64,000 nt of DNA from NCBI RefSeq assembly GCF_963921235.1, contig NC_086097.1, forward strand, positions 183,584,001-183,648,000, written 5' to 3'. Shown piece by piece: positions 38,760 through 50,600 of the stretch. The notes beneath the pieces are model-generated. The model made no database searches, had not been told where the DNA came from, and was given only the letters and a program-made list of their open reading frames with translations. The first letter of the stretch is position 1. The number at the start of each line of letters is the position of its first letter. Origin of the DNA: Mobula hypostoma (Eukaryota). Position numbers and translations under genes: made by a program.

Positions 38760-41050
38760 ACTATAAAAGAGATGTAAAAGAGGTGTGGGAGTTGCACTAC
38801 CGATCAGGGAGAATGTTAGAGCTGCACTTAGCGAGACATCCTCTCTAAGTGGTGGTCAGGCTTCAAAAGGAGCTGAAGCCAAAGCGAAAATGGATTTACT
38901 GCTGCTAGAGACATAGCTGTAATTTGGAGCAAATAAAAACATAAGCATCAGATGGTATCAGAAATGATCCAGCAAGTGTGGATTGCGACAGATTGTTTTC
39001 TGGCAAAGGTGTACTTGGTAAGTGGGAGGCCTTCAAGGATGAAACTTTGAGAAAACAAAGCTCGCATGTGCCTGTCAGAGTGAAAGGTAAAGGTTACAAG
39101 TATAGGAACCTTGGTTTTCAAGAGATATTGAGGCCCTGGTTAAGAGGAAAAAAGGGGTGCGTAGCATGTATGGGTAGGTAGGAACAAATGAGGTGCTTAT
39201 GGAGTATACGAAATGCAAGAGAACACTTAAGAAAGAAATCAGGACGACTAAAAGAAGGCATGAATTTGCTCTAGCAACGTGGAAGAGAATCCTAAGAGAT
39301 TCTACAGATATATTTTTAAAGCAAAAGGATTACAAGGGACAAAAGATATGAATGGTAATCCATGCATGGAGCCAAAACAGATGGGAGAGGTCTTAAATAA
39401 AATATTTGTATCTGTATTTACTCAGGAGAGTCTATAGAGGTGAGGCAAAGTGGCATCAACTTCATGGACCCTGTACAGATTACAGAAGAGGAGATGTTTG
39501 CTATCCTGAGGAAGGTGGATAAATCCCCAGGGCATGACAAGGTGTTCTCTCGGACCCCATGGGAGGCAAGTGCAGAAATTGTGGCGCCCTAGTAAAGATA
39601 TTTAAATCATTCTTAGTGACAGGAGGGGAAACAAAGGATTGGAGGACAGCCAATGTTGTTCCACTGTTTCAAAAAGGTTCTAAACATAAACCAGGAAATT
39701 ATAGGCCAGTGTGTCTGACATCAGTTGTGGGAAAGTTATTGGAAGGTATTCTAACAGACCATATATGTAAGTATTTGGATAGACATGGACTGATTAACGA
39801 TAGTCAGCATTGCTTCATGCATGATAGGTCATGTCTAACCAATCTTATAGAGATTTTTGAGGAAGTTACCATGAAAGTGGATGAAGGCAAGCTGTTGTAT
39901 GTTATCTACATGGACTTTAGAAAGGCATTTGACATGGTCCCACATGGGAGGCTTTATCAAGAAGTTGCTTGGTATTCAAGATGAAGTAGTAAATTGGATT
40001 AGACATTGGCTCTGTGGGAGAAGCCAGAGAGTGGTAGTAGAGGGTTGCCCCTCTCACTGGAGGCCTGTGACTAGTGGTGTGCCGCAGGGATCAGTGCTGG
40101 GTCCATTGCTGTTTGTCATCTATATCGATGATCTGGATGATAATGTGGTTAACTGGATCAGCAAATTTGCAGATGACAAAGATTAGGGTCAGTGAGGAAG
40201 GCCTTCAGGGTTTGCAGAGGGATCTGCATCAGCTGGAAAAATGGGCTGAAAGATGGCAGATGGAATTTAATGCAGACAAGTACCAGGAATTTCACTTTGG
40301 TTGGACCAGCCAGGGTAGGTCTTATAGTGAACAGTCAGCTGTAGGGCACTGAGGAGTGTAGTAGAATAAGGGGATCTGGCAACACAGGTCCATAATTCAT
40401 TGTAAGTGGTGTCACAGGTAGATAGTAACGTAAAGAAAGCTTTTGGCACTTTGGCCTTCAAAATGCAATGTATTGAGTACAGGAGATGGGATGTTATGCT
40501 GAAGTTGTATAAGACGTTGGTGAGATCTAATTTGGAGTATTGTGTGCAGTTTTGGTCACCCACCTACAGAAAAGATGTAAACAAAGTTGAAAGAGTACAG
40601 TGAAAATTTACAAGGATTACCAGGCCTGGAGGACCTGAGTTATAAGGAAAGATTGAATAGGTTAGGGTCATATTCTTTAGAACGTAGAAGATTGAGAGGA
40701 GAATTGATAGAGGTATACAAAACTATAAGGGGTATAGATAAGGTAAGCGCAAGCAAGCTTTTGCCACAGAGGTTGAGTGGGACTACAACTAGGGTCAAGG
40801 GTGAAAGGAGAAAAGTTTAACGGAAACATGAGTTTAACAGAAACATGAGGGGAAACTTCTTAACTCAGAAGGTCGTGAAAGTGTGCAATGAGCTGCCAGC
40901 ATAAGTGATGTGTGTGAGTTCAATTTCAACGCCTAAGATAAGATTGGATAGATACATAGTAATTTTATGGAGGGCTAAGGTCCTGGTGCAGTTTGAATGG
41001 TTTTGGCATGGACTAGATGAGCTGAAGATCTTGTTTCTGTGCTGAACTTC
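38760..41050 (+). mobile_element. CR1 LINE, 5'-truncated and decayed
   Basis: ORFs 39559-39984, 39881-40186 and 40406-40603 ([40 protein letters not shown]). Confidence 0.95.
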
Positions 41051-41427
41051 TCTGTGACTCTCTGACTCTAAAGTGCTGGAAGAGCTCAGGTGATCAGATG
41101 GCATTCTGTGGGAGCAAAGGGATAATCAACATTTTACAGTGCGAACCTGGATCAGACTCCTTATTCCGTTGAATTAGGTTGGAACCGCTTGGTCTGGAGA
41201 TCTATAGGTGTGAGCCCAAATTGTCAGACTGGGGGCTTTGGTAGTTAGTTTTGAAATCTATCAAAGTGAGTTTGAAATAAGGAGAACAATGGTGCAAAAC
41301 CCACTCCTTTGCATCTTTGGAAACAGCTCTATTTCTATCTTCAATGTCTCTATTTTTCCCTTTCAAAGTTCTTTTGAAGACCCTGGCCTGGAGTTACACA
41401 TCAACTTCAGCTCTTCGTGCCCATAGT

Positions 41428-41605
41428 CTGCTCTTCATCAAATTATGGTATTGCTTTGCGCTGCTGTAACTATATGTTATAATTATGTGGTTTTGTCAGT
41501 GTTAGTCTTTGGTTCGTCCTGTTTTTTTTGTGATATCACTGGAGGATCATTGTATCATTTTTTAATGCATGCATTTCTAAATGACAATAAACGAGGACTG
41601 AGTGT
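41428..41605 (+). mobile_element. 3' fragment of the 35-660 retroposon family
   Basis: ATCAAATTATGGTATTGC...TAATGCATGCATTTCTAAATGACAATAAA followed by (TAATC)n. Confidence 0.75.
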
Positions 41606-41964
41606 CCTCATAATCTAATCTAATCTCTTTTTGGGAGTGGGACCTGCTCTCGGGGTCTCACGTCTGGCCGCTATTCGATATACCACGGATGCAGCCTAGA
41701 AGACTAGTGCGCCTTCTGGGTTCTGGGAATTCGTGGCTCTGGAGGCGGGGGGACTTGAGGTCGGTGCCTCCGCAGGGAACTGGTGTGCCGCGGGAGATGG
41801 AAGATCGAAAGCAGCAAGCTGGCTGCTGGCTGTTCGCCCAGAGACCTGAGTTCTTTGGGCCCAGAGCTCGGAAGAAACGATGCAACAGACTTTTAACATC
41901 GTAAATCAGCAAGTTGTTTGTTATATCTCCCCTCTCGCTGTGAAACAGAGTCATCTCTTTTTAC

Positions 41965-42650
41965 ACAGAAGCATAGAAATATAGAAATCCTACAGCATAA
42001 TACAGGCCCTTTGGCCCAAAAAGCTGTGCCGAACGTGTCCTTACCTTAGAAATTGCCTGGGGTTACCCACAGCCCTCTATTTATCTAAGCTCCATGTATC
42101 TGTCTAGGAGTCTCTTAAAAGACCCTATAGTATCCGCCTCCACGCACTTACCACTCTCTGCGTAAAAAAACTTACCCTGACATCTCCTTTGTACCTACTT
42201 CTAAGCACCTTAAAACTGTGCCGTCTCCTGCTAGCCATTTCAACCCTGGGAAAAAGCCTCTGACTATTCACACGATCAATGCATCATCTTATACACCTCT
42301 ATCAGGTCACCTCTCATCCTCCGTCGCTCCAAGGAAAAAAAAACCTGAGCTCACTCAACCTATTCTCGTAAGGCATGCTCCCCAATCCAGGCAACATCCC
42401 TGTAAATGTCCTCTGCACCCTTTCTATGGTTTCCACATCCTTCCTATAGTGAGGTGACCAGAACTGAGCACAGTACTCCAAGTGGGGTCTGACCAGGGTC
42501 CTATAAAGCTACAACATTACCTCTCGGCTCTTAAACACAATCGCACAATTGATGAAGGCCAATGCATCGTATGCTTTCTTAACCACAGGGTCAATCTGTT
42601 CAGCAGCTTTGAGTGTCCTATGGACTCGGACCCCAAGATCCCTCTGATCT
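41965..42650 (-). mobile_element. CR1 3' fragment (close relative of 8175-9620)
   Basis: Near-collinear with 8175-8880, including the AGAAA(C/T)ATAGAAA tail. Confidence 0.92.
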
Positions 42651-42651
42651 C

Positions 42652-42986
42652 TGAAAATAAACAATAAACACAAGGCGAAATAGGGCCGTTAACTAAAACT
42701 CTCAAATGGGAAACGAAGCCTACACTGCAGCTGAAAAGAAAATCTAAACATTAAAGGAATACCACTGGACTTCAGAATCAGTAGACTCAAAAGTCCAGTT
42801 TCTCAGGGAAGGCCGAAAGCAAACAGGCAGCGAAGTGTTGCTGTGCTCTGTCCGAGTCTCGACAAGCACTACAACAACAAGTATGGAGTTAGATACTATC
42901 ACGATTAAATAATAATTAGCTGACACATGCAAATTCGCAAACGTGATTGCCGTATCTATTGTGCTGCCGAATCCGTGGTTGTGACA
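42652..42986 (-). mobile_element. Truncated LTR-like fragment
   Basis: Minus strand starts TGTCACAACC; CpG-rich, abrupt boundary; no partner end seen. Confidence 0.45.
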
Positions 42987-45093
42987 TTAGTAAGTGTATT
43001 TGAATGTCTGTCCCATTAATTTGAAAAGGAGAAAGTGATAAATATGATTGAACTCATGCAAAATTCGGCAAAATTCATGAAATTTCCAATTAAATTATCC
43101 AATCAGGTATTTGATATGTTTGTATTTGAATAGAGGGGCTAAGTTCATCCATCAAGTAACCACCTGTTAATGAGCCACTTGAGAATTATGATTTTTCGAC
43201 TTATTTTGTGTAATTTCTGATCTTCCATGGCTGAAATAAAGAAATAATTAACCCTCAATTTTGTCCAGAAAGCAGGACTTTTAGGGCTGAGATGTTGAGA
43301 GAAGTAAACCTTCTTTTCAAGCATATTCATATTTTTGTTTCTTTTCTCTTGGTTCCTTTGAAGAATGGAGGCTCTGCATTTCGTGTTATGTGAATGCTCA
43401 TGTCGATTTTTCTCCTTCTATGGATGTAGCATATACAAGATGAAAGATTATGAAGTGCTAAGAAGGTCACCTCCTATTTTGCACATGGAGCAAATTAAAT
43501 TAAGATGTCTACTTTTGGAGCCACACCATCATTATCCCGTTCTGCAACTGTGCCTTTGCATTGCTCGACGCACCGTGGGATACACAGATCTCAACATTGC
43601 TACGGTGGTGCTAATTCAGTGCTAGGACTAAGTTAGACTCTTTCCTGGGGACCATCTACATGATGAGGCTCCCTGGTGGTTCAATAGTTAGTAATATTAA
43701 TTACCATTATATGCATATCTGAATTCTGTGGCATATACAAGCTTAATCATGAGCAGAGCTTCAGCTCATGCGACCAGAGAATTTTACAAGAGAATTAATA
43801 CATTCACGACATGGTAATAAAAAGTCACTGCATACCTTTCTTAAAGGAGGAACATTATGTTCCAAGTATGAGAAAGAGAATATATAAGTGATAAACTCTG
43901 CTGAAAATAATTCTTAAGATATTGTGTTCCACTTGTGATTGGTCTCCCTGTATGATAATTAAATATAAATGCCACAGATGGCTTTGGAGGCCAAACCATT
44001 GAGTATATTTAAAACAGAGGCTGATAGGTTCTTGATTAGGTCAAAGGTTATGGTGAGAAGGCAGGTGAGCGGAGTTGAGAGGGATAGTAAATCAATCAGC
44101 CATGTTGGAATGGCAGAGCAGGCTTGATGGGTTGAATGGTGTAATTCTGCTCCTTTGTCTTTATGGTTTTATGGTATTATAATATTCCTCATGGAGTTTT
44201 ACTTGATATCAATCAAATGCTTATTGATCCCTTACTTATTTTGTCTGTGAATTGTTACATTATTTGATTGCTGCGCTATTTTCATTCATGCCTCTGACCT
44301 AGCATTCACATTGTTAAAATAATTTTAGGTGTTGCTATTGCAATCGCAGGGTAAGCACTTGCAAATAATGAATATAAAAGGAAGATTGAAGCCTATATTG
44401 ACAAAAAAAAATTCCAGGGTCTTCATTGTATTGAATGCAAGCCACAACACAAAGCTTTCTACTCAAACTTACTGTTTCTAAGGACTTAAAATGTTCTTAA
44501 AGCCATCAATCTAAACTTCTTTTAAAAAGGTAGCTTTTTTTAAACCATGTTTGAATCAGTTCTCTTGGTTTACTTAATGATCTATTCCAGTCTTTTCAAA
44601 CTTGTGGTAAATTGCAAACTAAGTCTGGTCTTTCAAATGGGTTTTTAAATTAAAAAGAAATAAAATTATCAATGAAAGTACTTAAATGGGAAGAAAATGC
44701 CTTTGCCTAGTAAGAACAATATTATCTTACTTTCCCAGTGGAATTCAAAATTGTCATCTGTCCATTGTCGTCATCGATGAGGATCTCGACCCCATTATGA
44801 TGATGTCGAGACTAGCGCCTGATTTGGATTTAAGTGAGGGAGAGTTGCACAGCGTCAGCCTCACTTTCTCTTCCCAATTTCCATCTGGATCCAGCGGCAA
44901 GACAAGAGTTGAAACGGCTGGATATGGGACTAGGCGCAGTGGATGACCAGGGCATTTTCTGTGTCTTGTCCTGCTCTGTATGTTCCACAACATTTGCAGA
45001 GACCACCTTCTTGACCGCTGGACCTTCCATTGGTCTCGTCTGCTCAGTCCGCCGGAGTCTGTCTTCACATGCTGGGATAGACAACTCCCTATC

Positions 45094-45184
45094 CTGACGA
45101 AGGGTCTCAGCTTGAAGCATCGACTGTACCTCTTCCTAGAATGCTGCCTGGCCTGCTGTGTTCGCCAGCAACTTTGATGTGTGT
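45094..45184 (+). mobile_element. 91-bp Penelope pLTR fragment inserted in RTE copy 2
   Basis: 8-bp TSD TCCCTATC (45086-45093, 45185-45192); the empty site is visible in copy 1 (GGTGAGATAGGGAGTTG). Confidence 0.9.
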
Positions 45185-45222
45185 TCCCTATCTCACCGAG
45201 GGTTTGAGACCCATCGGCTACC

Positions 45223-45396
45223 CTCACCTGGTTTAGCCAGCTTGTCGAAGCCGTTGCCCGGGGTGTGGCCGCTGTCGCATGCAAACAGCTACGGGGAGCC
45301 ACAGGTGAGAGCTGAGTGCCAGGTGGGGACCAAAGGTGGACTAACTCCCTTGAAAAGGACGCGACATGTTCCCCCACCCTGACAGCTCATATCCCC
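45223..45396 (-). ncRNA. HDV-like ribozyme motif, copy 2 (core intact, P1 5' strand partly mutated)
   Basis: Minus strand: GGGG...CTCACCTGT-GGC-TCCCCGT-A-GCTGTTTGCATGCGACAGC-G-GCC-ACACCCC-GG-GCAAC-GGCTTCGACAAGCT-GGCTAA-ACCAGGTGAG. Confidence 0.75.
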
Positions 45397-46969
45397 AATT
45401 CAAAATTAAAAAGTAACTGGGGTCATAGTACTCTTCTGGCTTGGTAATTGTGTCAAGGTAAAGCAGATTATTGACATAATTACATACAGTACATTTGGAG
45501 ACTACAGCACTTTAAGCACAAGCATTGTAATTTATTTTAAAGTATAACATGCTTTATAAAGTATAACATGACATGGTCCTGCAAAAGTGTGATATTTTGA
45601 TATGGGTTATGAGTATTAGCAAAAATGGAATAGAGTAATCCATTGTGCTTCCCTCCAGAAATGACACATAATCTTCCCCATTACCCATTCTATCTATTTA
45701 ATATTCTAGAAATGAGATACAAAGTGCATTGATGGTAATGTAATGAAATCTTAGAAAAATGCCAGCTTATCCATTAGACTTGTACCCTACATCATTAATT
45801 TTTGACTAAATGCTTTCAAATGTATTTATTTGCTTGAGGCTAGTCCTTCATTAGGTCATCTTTAGAACATAGGAAACAAGAGCTGGAGAAAGCCCCTCAG
45901 GCCTTCTTCACTTTTGGGTTAGATCATGCTGATCTCCTTTTGGCCTGAGCACCTCTCCCTTCTTCTCTCTCAATATCCCTTGATTCTCTTGTAGTTTAAA
46001 AGTGTGGTAGTCCCTGTCTTGAATAAACTTCACGCCTCTGCCTCTGGTAAAGAATTTCAATGGCTCCTTAGAGAATAAATTCCTACTTGTTTTTGTCTTA
46101 AATCATATAACCTCTTCTGAAATTCTGCCGTTTAGTTCTATATGTCTCCCACTTGGTACACATCTTCCCAATATCCACCTGGTGAATTCACCCCTGAACA
46201 TTATTTGTTTCAGATCACCTGTCATCTCTTTTATCATTTCAACTCTAACACAATGGAGCTCAATATTCCAGTTAACATTGTCCTTTAATCTCTGATAGCT
46301 GAACACATTCAGCAAGAAGGATCAACACACACTGCTATTTAAAGATCAGCCATGGCTAAGGGTGAGTTTCTGCTTGTCCTGGCCATTGCTGTGATTCTAT
46401 AGTTGATGTGTACTTTTGTGAGTTGTCTTAAACTGTGAAAGTGCACAGGGTATGGTACAAATGTTGCTATAGGTCTCTTGGATGACTCAAGGTCCTGTGA
46501 AACCATTTGTTTCTAGAACGGTTGCTGTAGCAGTCATCATTCTTGGAAAGCGGCATGACTGAGAGAACGAGTGGCAGGCACGGACAAGGACAAGCTGCTG
46601 AAATGTAGAAGATGGTGTTCTCAGTGGATACTCCACCTACCCAGGTGTTCAGTGAACAATTCTCCTTCTTGCCCCAATGAAGAACAATGTCTGTACTTCA
46701 GTAGGTTATCATTGATATCTTCCACTTATTACAACTTCAACCCCAATCTCAGAGCAGGCAAAGGCAGCATTGACAAGGGTCGTCAAGGTGATAAAGAATG
46801 TTCAAGTGCGTGGCTCCTTCCATGTACACCTCATTCACTGTTTGTAACTGACCTCTCTGAAACTGTTTCAAGTGACCCTACTGGTTTGAATTCTTGCTTT
46901 CCAGAGACCAGTAAGCGGAGAAAGTATGAATATTTTCTGGAGTTTATTTTGTATATGAATATTTTTTGT

Positions 46970-48509
46970 AACCAAGGCAACTTGCATGGGTCCCATCTAT
47001 GCCTGCCTGTTTGTCGGCTACGTGGAACAGTTTACGTTCCAAGCCTACACTGGTGACTGGCCTGCACTTTTCCTACGCTACATTGACGACTGCATTGGTG
47101 CTGATTTCTGCACCTGCAGTGAACTCGTCGATTTCATCCACTTTGCCTCCAACTTCTACCCTGCCCTCAAATTCACCTGGTCGATTTCTGACACATCCTT
47201 CCCTGTCTCGAATTCGCTGTCTCAATCTCCGGAGACAGCTTATCCACCCATGTCTATAATAAACCAACGGACTCTCACAGTTACCAGGATTATACCTCGT
47301 TCCACTCTGCTACTTGTAAAAACACCATCCCCTTCTCTCAATTCCTCTGTCTCTGCCGCATCTGCTCTCACAATGAGGCTTTTCATTCTAGAATGAAAGA
47401 GATGTCCTTCTCTTTCAAAGAAAAGGACTTTCCTTCCTTCACCATCAATGCTGCCCTCAACTGCATCTCTTTTATTTCATGCATGTCTGCTCTTACCCCA
47501 TCCTCCCACCACGCTACCAGGGATAGGATTCCTCTTGTCCTCACCTACCACCCCACCAGCCTCTGCATGCAGCACGTAATTTTCCAAAACTTCTGCCATC
47601 TCCAACAGGATCCCACCACCAAACACATCTTTCCTTTCCCCCCATTTTCCACTTTCTGCAGTGATCATTCCCTATGCGACTCCCTTGTCCATTCGTCCCT
47701 CCCCACGGATCTCCCTCCTGGCACTTATCCTTGCAAGCAGAAAAAGTGCTACATCTGCCCCTACACCTCCTCCCTCACTGCCATTCAGGACCCCAAACAA
47801 TCCTTACAGGTGAGGCGACACTTTACCTGTGAGTCTGTTGGGATCATATACTACGTTTGGTGCTCTTGGTGTGTCCTCTTATATATCAGTGAGACCCGCT
47901 GTAGGTTGGGAGTCCTCTTCGCTGAGCATCTGCGTCTGCCAGAACAAGCGGGATCTTCCAGTGACCATCCATTTTAATTCCATTTCCCATTCACATTCCA
48001 ATATCCCCATCATGGCTTCCTCCACTGTCGGGATAAGGCCACACTTAGGTTGGAGGAACAACACCTTGTATTCCATTTGGTTAGCCTCCAACCTGATGGC
48101 ATGAACATCAATTTCTCAAACTTCCAGTAATGCCTCCCCCCACCCCCTCACCATTTCCCATCCCCTTTTCCCTCTCTCATATCTCCTAGCCCACCCATCG
48201 CCTCCCTCTACTGCTCCACCCCCCAATTTTTTTTTCTCCATCGCCTTCTGCTCTTTCACCAATCAACTTCCTAGTTCTTTGCTTCATCCCTCCCCCTCCA
48301 AGTTTCACCTATCGCCTGGCATTTCTCTCTCCCTGTACCCCACCTTTCACATCTACCTCTCAACTTTTTTTCTCCAGTCCTTTCGAAGAGTTTTGGCCCA
48401 AAACCTCAACAGCACTTTTTTCCATAGATGCTGCATGGCCTGCTGAGTTCCTCCAGCATCTTGTGTGTTGCTGGGATTTCCAGCATCTGCAGATTTTCTT
48501 TTGTTTGTG
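46970..48509 (+). mobile_element. Penelope-like element family 1: RT plus GIY-YIG plus pLTR
   Basis: MGPIYACLFVGYVEQ...FLRYIDD (PLE RT); CKQKKCYICP...FTCES.GIIYYVWCSWC.LLYISET. 13-bp duplication ATTTTCTGGAGTT (46932-46944, 48510-48522). Confidence 0.95.
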
Positions 48510-48709
48510 ATTTTCTGGAGTTGTTGCTTCCCCATGGTACTGGCTGCCAGTGGTTTTGTGAAAGCAGCTTTGGTCATGGCACATGTCGGCCCTGTTCAGA
48601 TGTGGCTTCTTTTTAATGTCCATCTGGTGTCTGTGACCTTGACAGCAAATGATTCAAGTTATCTTTGGCTTCTTTGCTGTAGCTATAATGCATCATTTTG
48701 TGAGTCTTG

Positions 48710-49268
48710 TGTAAGCCTTAGACCTGGCCAACATGTGTTCGTCTAGGGGAAGACAACTTCTGGCCCTGCCAAACTGAGAAATCTCATTCGTGTGGATGCT
48801 GCATGATGTGTTGCCAGTTACAAATCCACACCGGGAACTAGCTGACAGTACACCATATGCAGTTAACTGATTGAACTTTATAAATCTTAATCTGAATATA
48901 GGGTTAGTAAAGAAAATAAAAAAGAAAAAGGGCCCGTTTTAAGGAAAAAGTCAAAAGTGCACTTTGGAGCTCACTGCTATGGCCATTCATCAACCATCGA
49001 CCTCCTCCAAGCGTCGCCGAACTTCAGATCCTCGCTCCCGGTCCACTCCATCCGGTGGTCTCCTAGCTCTCTCCACATGTGTCTTCCTTCTTCTCCTCTT
49101 GTCGACAAAAGATTGCGAAAATCTCTCTACCAGACTTATAAGAAAAAATATCACTTCTCATGTTGGATAGCCCCACATCCTAAAGCTCTGTTATCTCTAG
49201 TCATAACTCAAACATCGCTGCTATAGAGAAAGCACTACATTAGCAGTGAAACATTACCGCGTGTTACA
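48710..49268 (-). mobile_element. Probable solo LTR (Gypsy-like)
   Basis: TGTAA...TTACA termini and CpG-rich body; no clean TSD. Confidence 0.45.
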
Positions 49269-50169
49269 CAGGCACTTGTGCTACGATGGCAAGTACGGAG
49301 GATTGCTGGTCCATGAGGACCACCTTCTGATCAGCTGGCCTTTGACAACATTGTACAAAATCAGAGTGAATCAATTGAATCTCAAGCTGCTGCTTAAATC
49401 CTGATGTTTCAGGTCCCGATGTGCTGAAGTAATGATCATGCTCTTTCCCAGAGGTTTCCTCTGGAACAGCTGTCAGGTTATCTGATGTTTGTGGCCTGCA
49501 ACATAACCTGATTGTCATAAGGGGAACCCCTTTCTCCGAACCGTACAAGGAGAAACTCAATGACAGCATGAGATGAAGTGGAGGGAGAGAAAGGAAGGAA
49601 TGAGGAGAAATTCATCCTTGAAGAATTCATCCAAATGAGTTGCAAATAATCACAATCCTAATTCCTCATTTCCCAATTCACCAACATTTCCATTAATTAT
49701 CTTTAAAATCATTACAATAACATTATAATCCAAAAATCTGGCTACATGGCAACAGGTTGACTGTATATGACAGCAGCCTGATCTTTCACTGAATCACTCT
49801 GACACTGGGAGGCCGTGGATAATATCAGGGAGCTCAGCATGAATGCATCCAGAAGAGCATGAATAGGATCGATCAACACTTCCACATTAGAAAGAGCTGA
49901 CTTCAAGTTTTGCACAAAGTCCTTGGCCAGATGTGCGGGAGGCTCTTCCTCATGCTCCTTCATCATCAAGCTTGTTGAAGGAGCTTAATGTTGGCAGTCC
50001 TCCCTTTGCACTGAGAATGCTATTGTACATGTCTACCAGCCTCTTGTTGTTGTAAGCCCCGCCTCAGCTTTCATTCGGTTCCCTGCAGCAAAGCTAATGT
50101 GCCAGCTAGTTGGCAAATACACTATGGTAGACTCCAAACTGATGGGATTGGAATCTACCCTAGTAGGCA

Positions 50170-50600
50170 CTGATTTCTCAAACTTTTGGTAATTCCTCTC
50201 TTTCATCATTCCCCATTCTAGTTTCCCTCTCTCAGCTTTTCTCCTTGCCTGCCCATCACCTCCCTCTTTCCTTCCTTCCACGGTCTTCTGTCCTCTCCTA
50301 TCCGCTTCCCCCCTCTACAGCCCTTTATCTCTTCTATTAATTAATTTCCCAGCTCTTTACTTCAACCCCTCCCCCTCTCCCAGATTCGCCTATCACCTGC
50401 CTCTTTGTACTTCTTCTCCCCTTCCCCTCACCTTCTTAATCTGACTTTTCCCCCTTTCCTTTCCAGTCCTGATAAAGGTCTCGGCCTGAAATGTCAACTG
50501 TGAATTCCCATCCATAGATGCCGCTTGACCTGGTGAGCTCACCCAGCACATTGTGCGTATTGCTGTAGATTTCCAGCATCTGCAGTACCCCTTCTGTCTA
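50170..50600 (+). mobile_element. Penelope family 1 pLTR fragment
   Basis: Pyrimidine-rich pLTR, CCAGTCCTGATAAAGGTCTCGGCCTGAAATGTC, and terminal TTCCAGCATCTGCAG. Confidence 0.85.

Larger units (their letters stand above)
44753..45396 (-). mobile_element. RTE-type non-autonomous retroposon, copy 2
   Basis: Perfect 11-bp TSD AATTCAAAATT (44742-44752, 45397-45407); homologous to 28681-29240; carries a 91-bp Penelope insertion. Confidence 0.88.

Noticed and set aside
49742..50110. Host exon or Harbinger accessory ORF remnant
   Set aside because: Coiled-coil-like translation without diagnostic motif, splice sites or TIRs.
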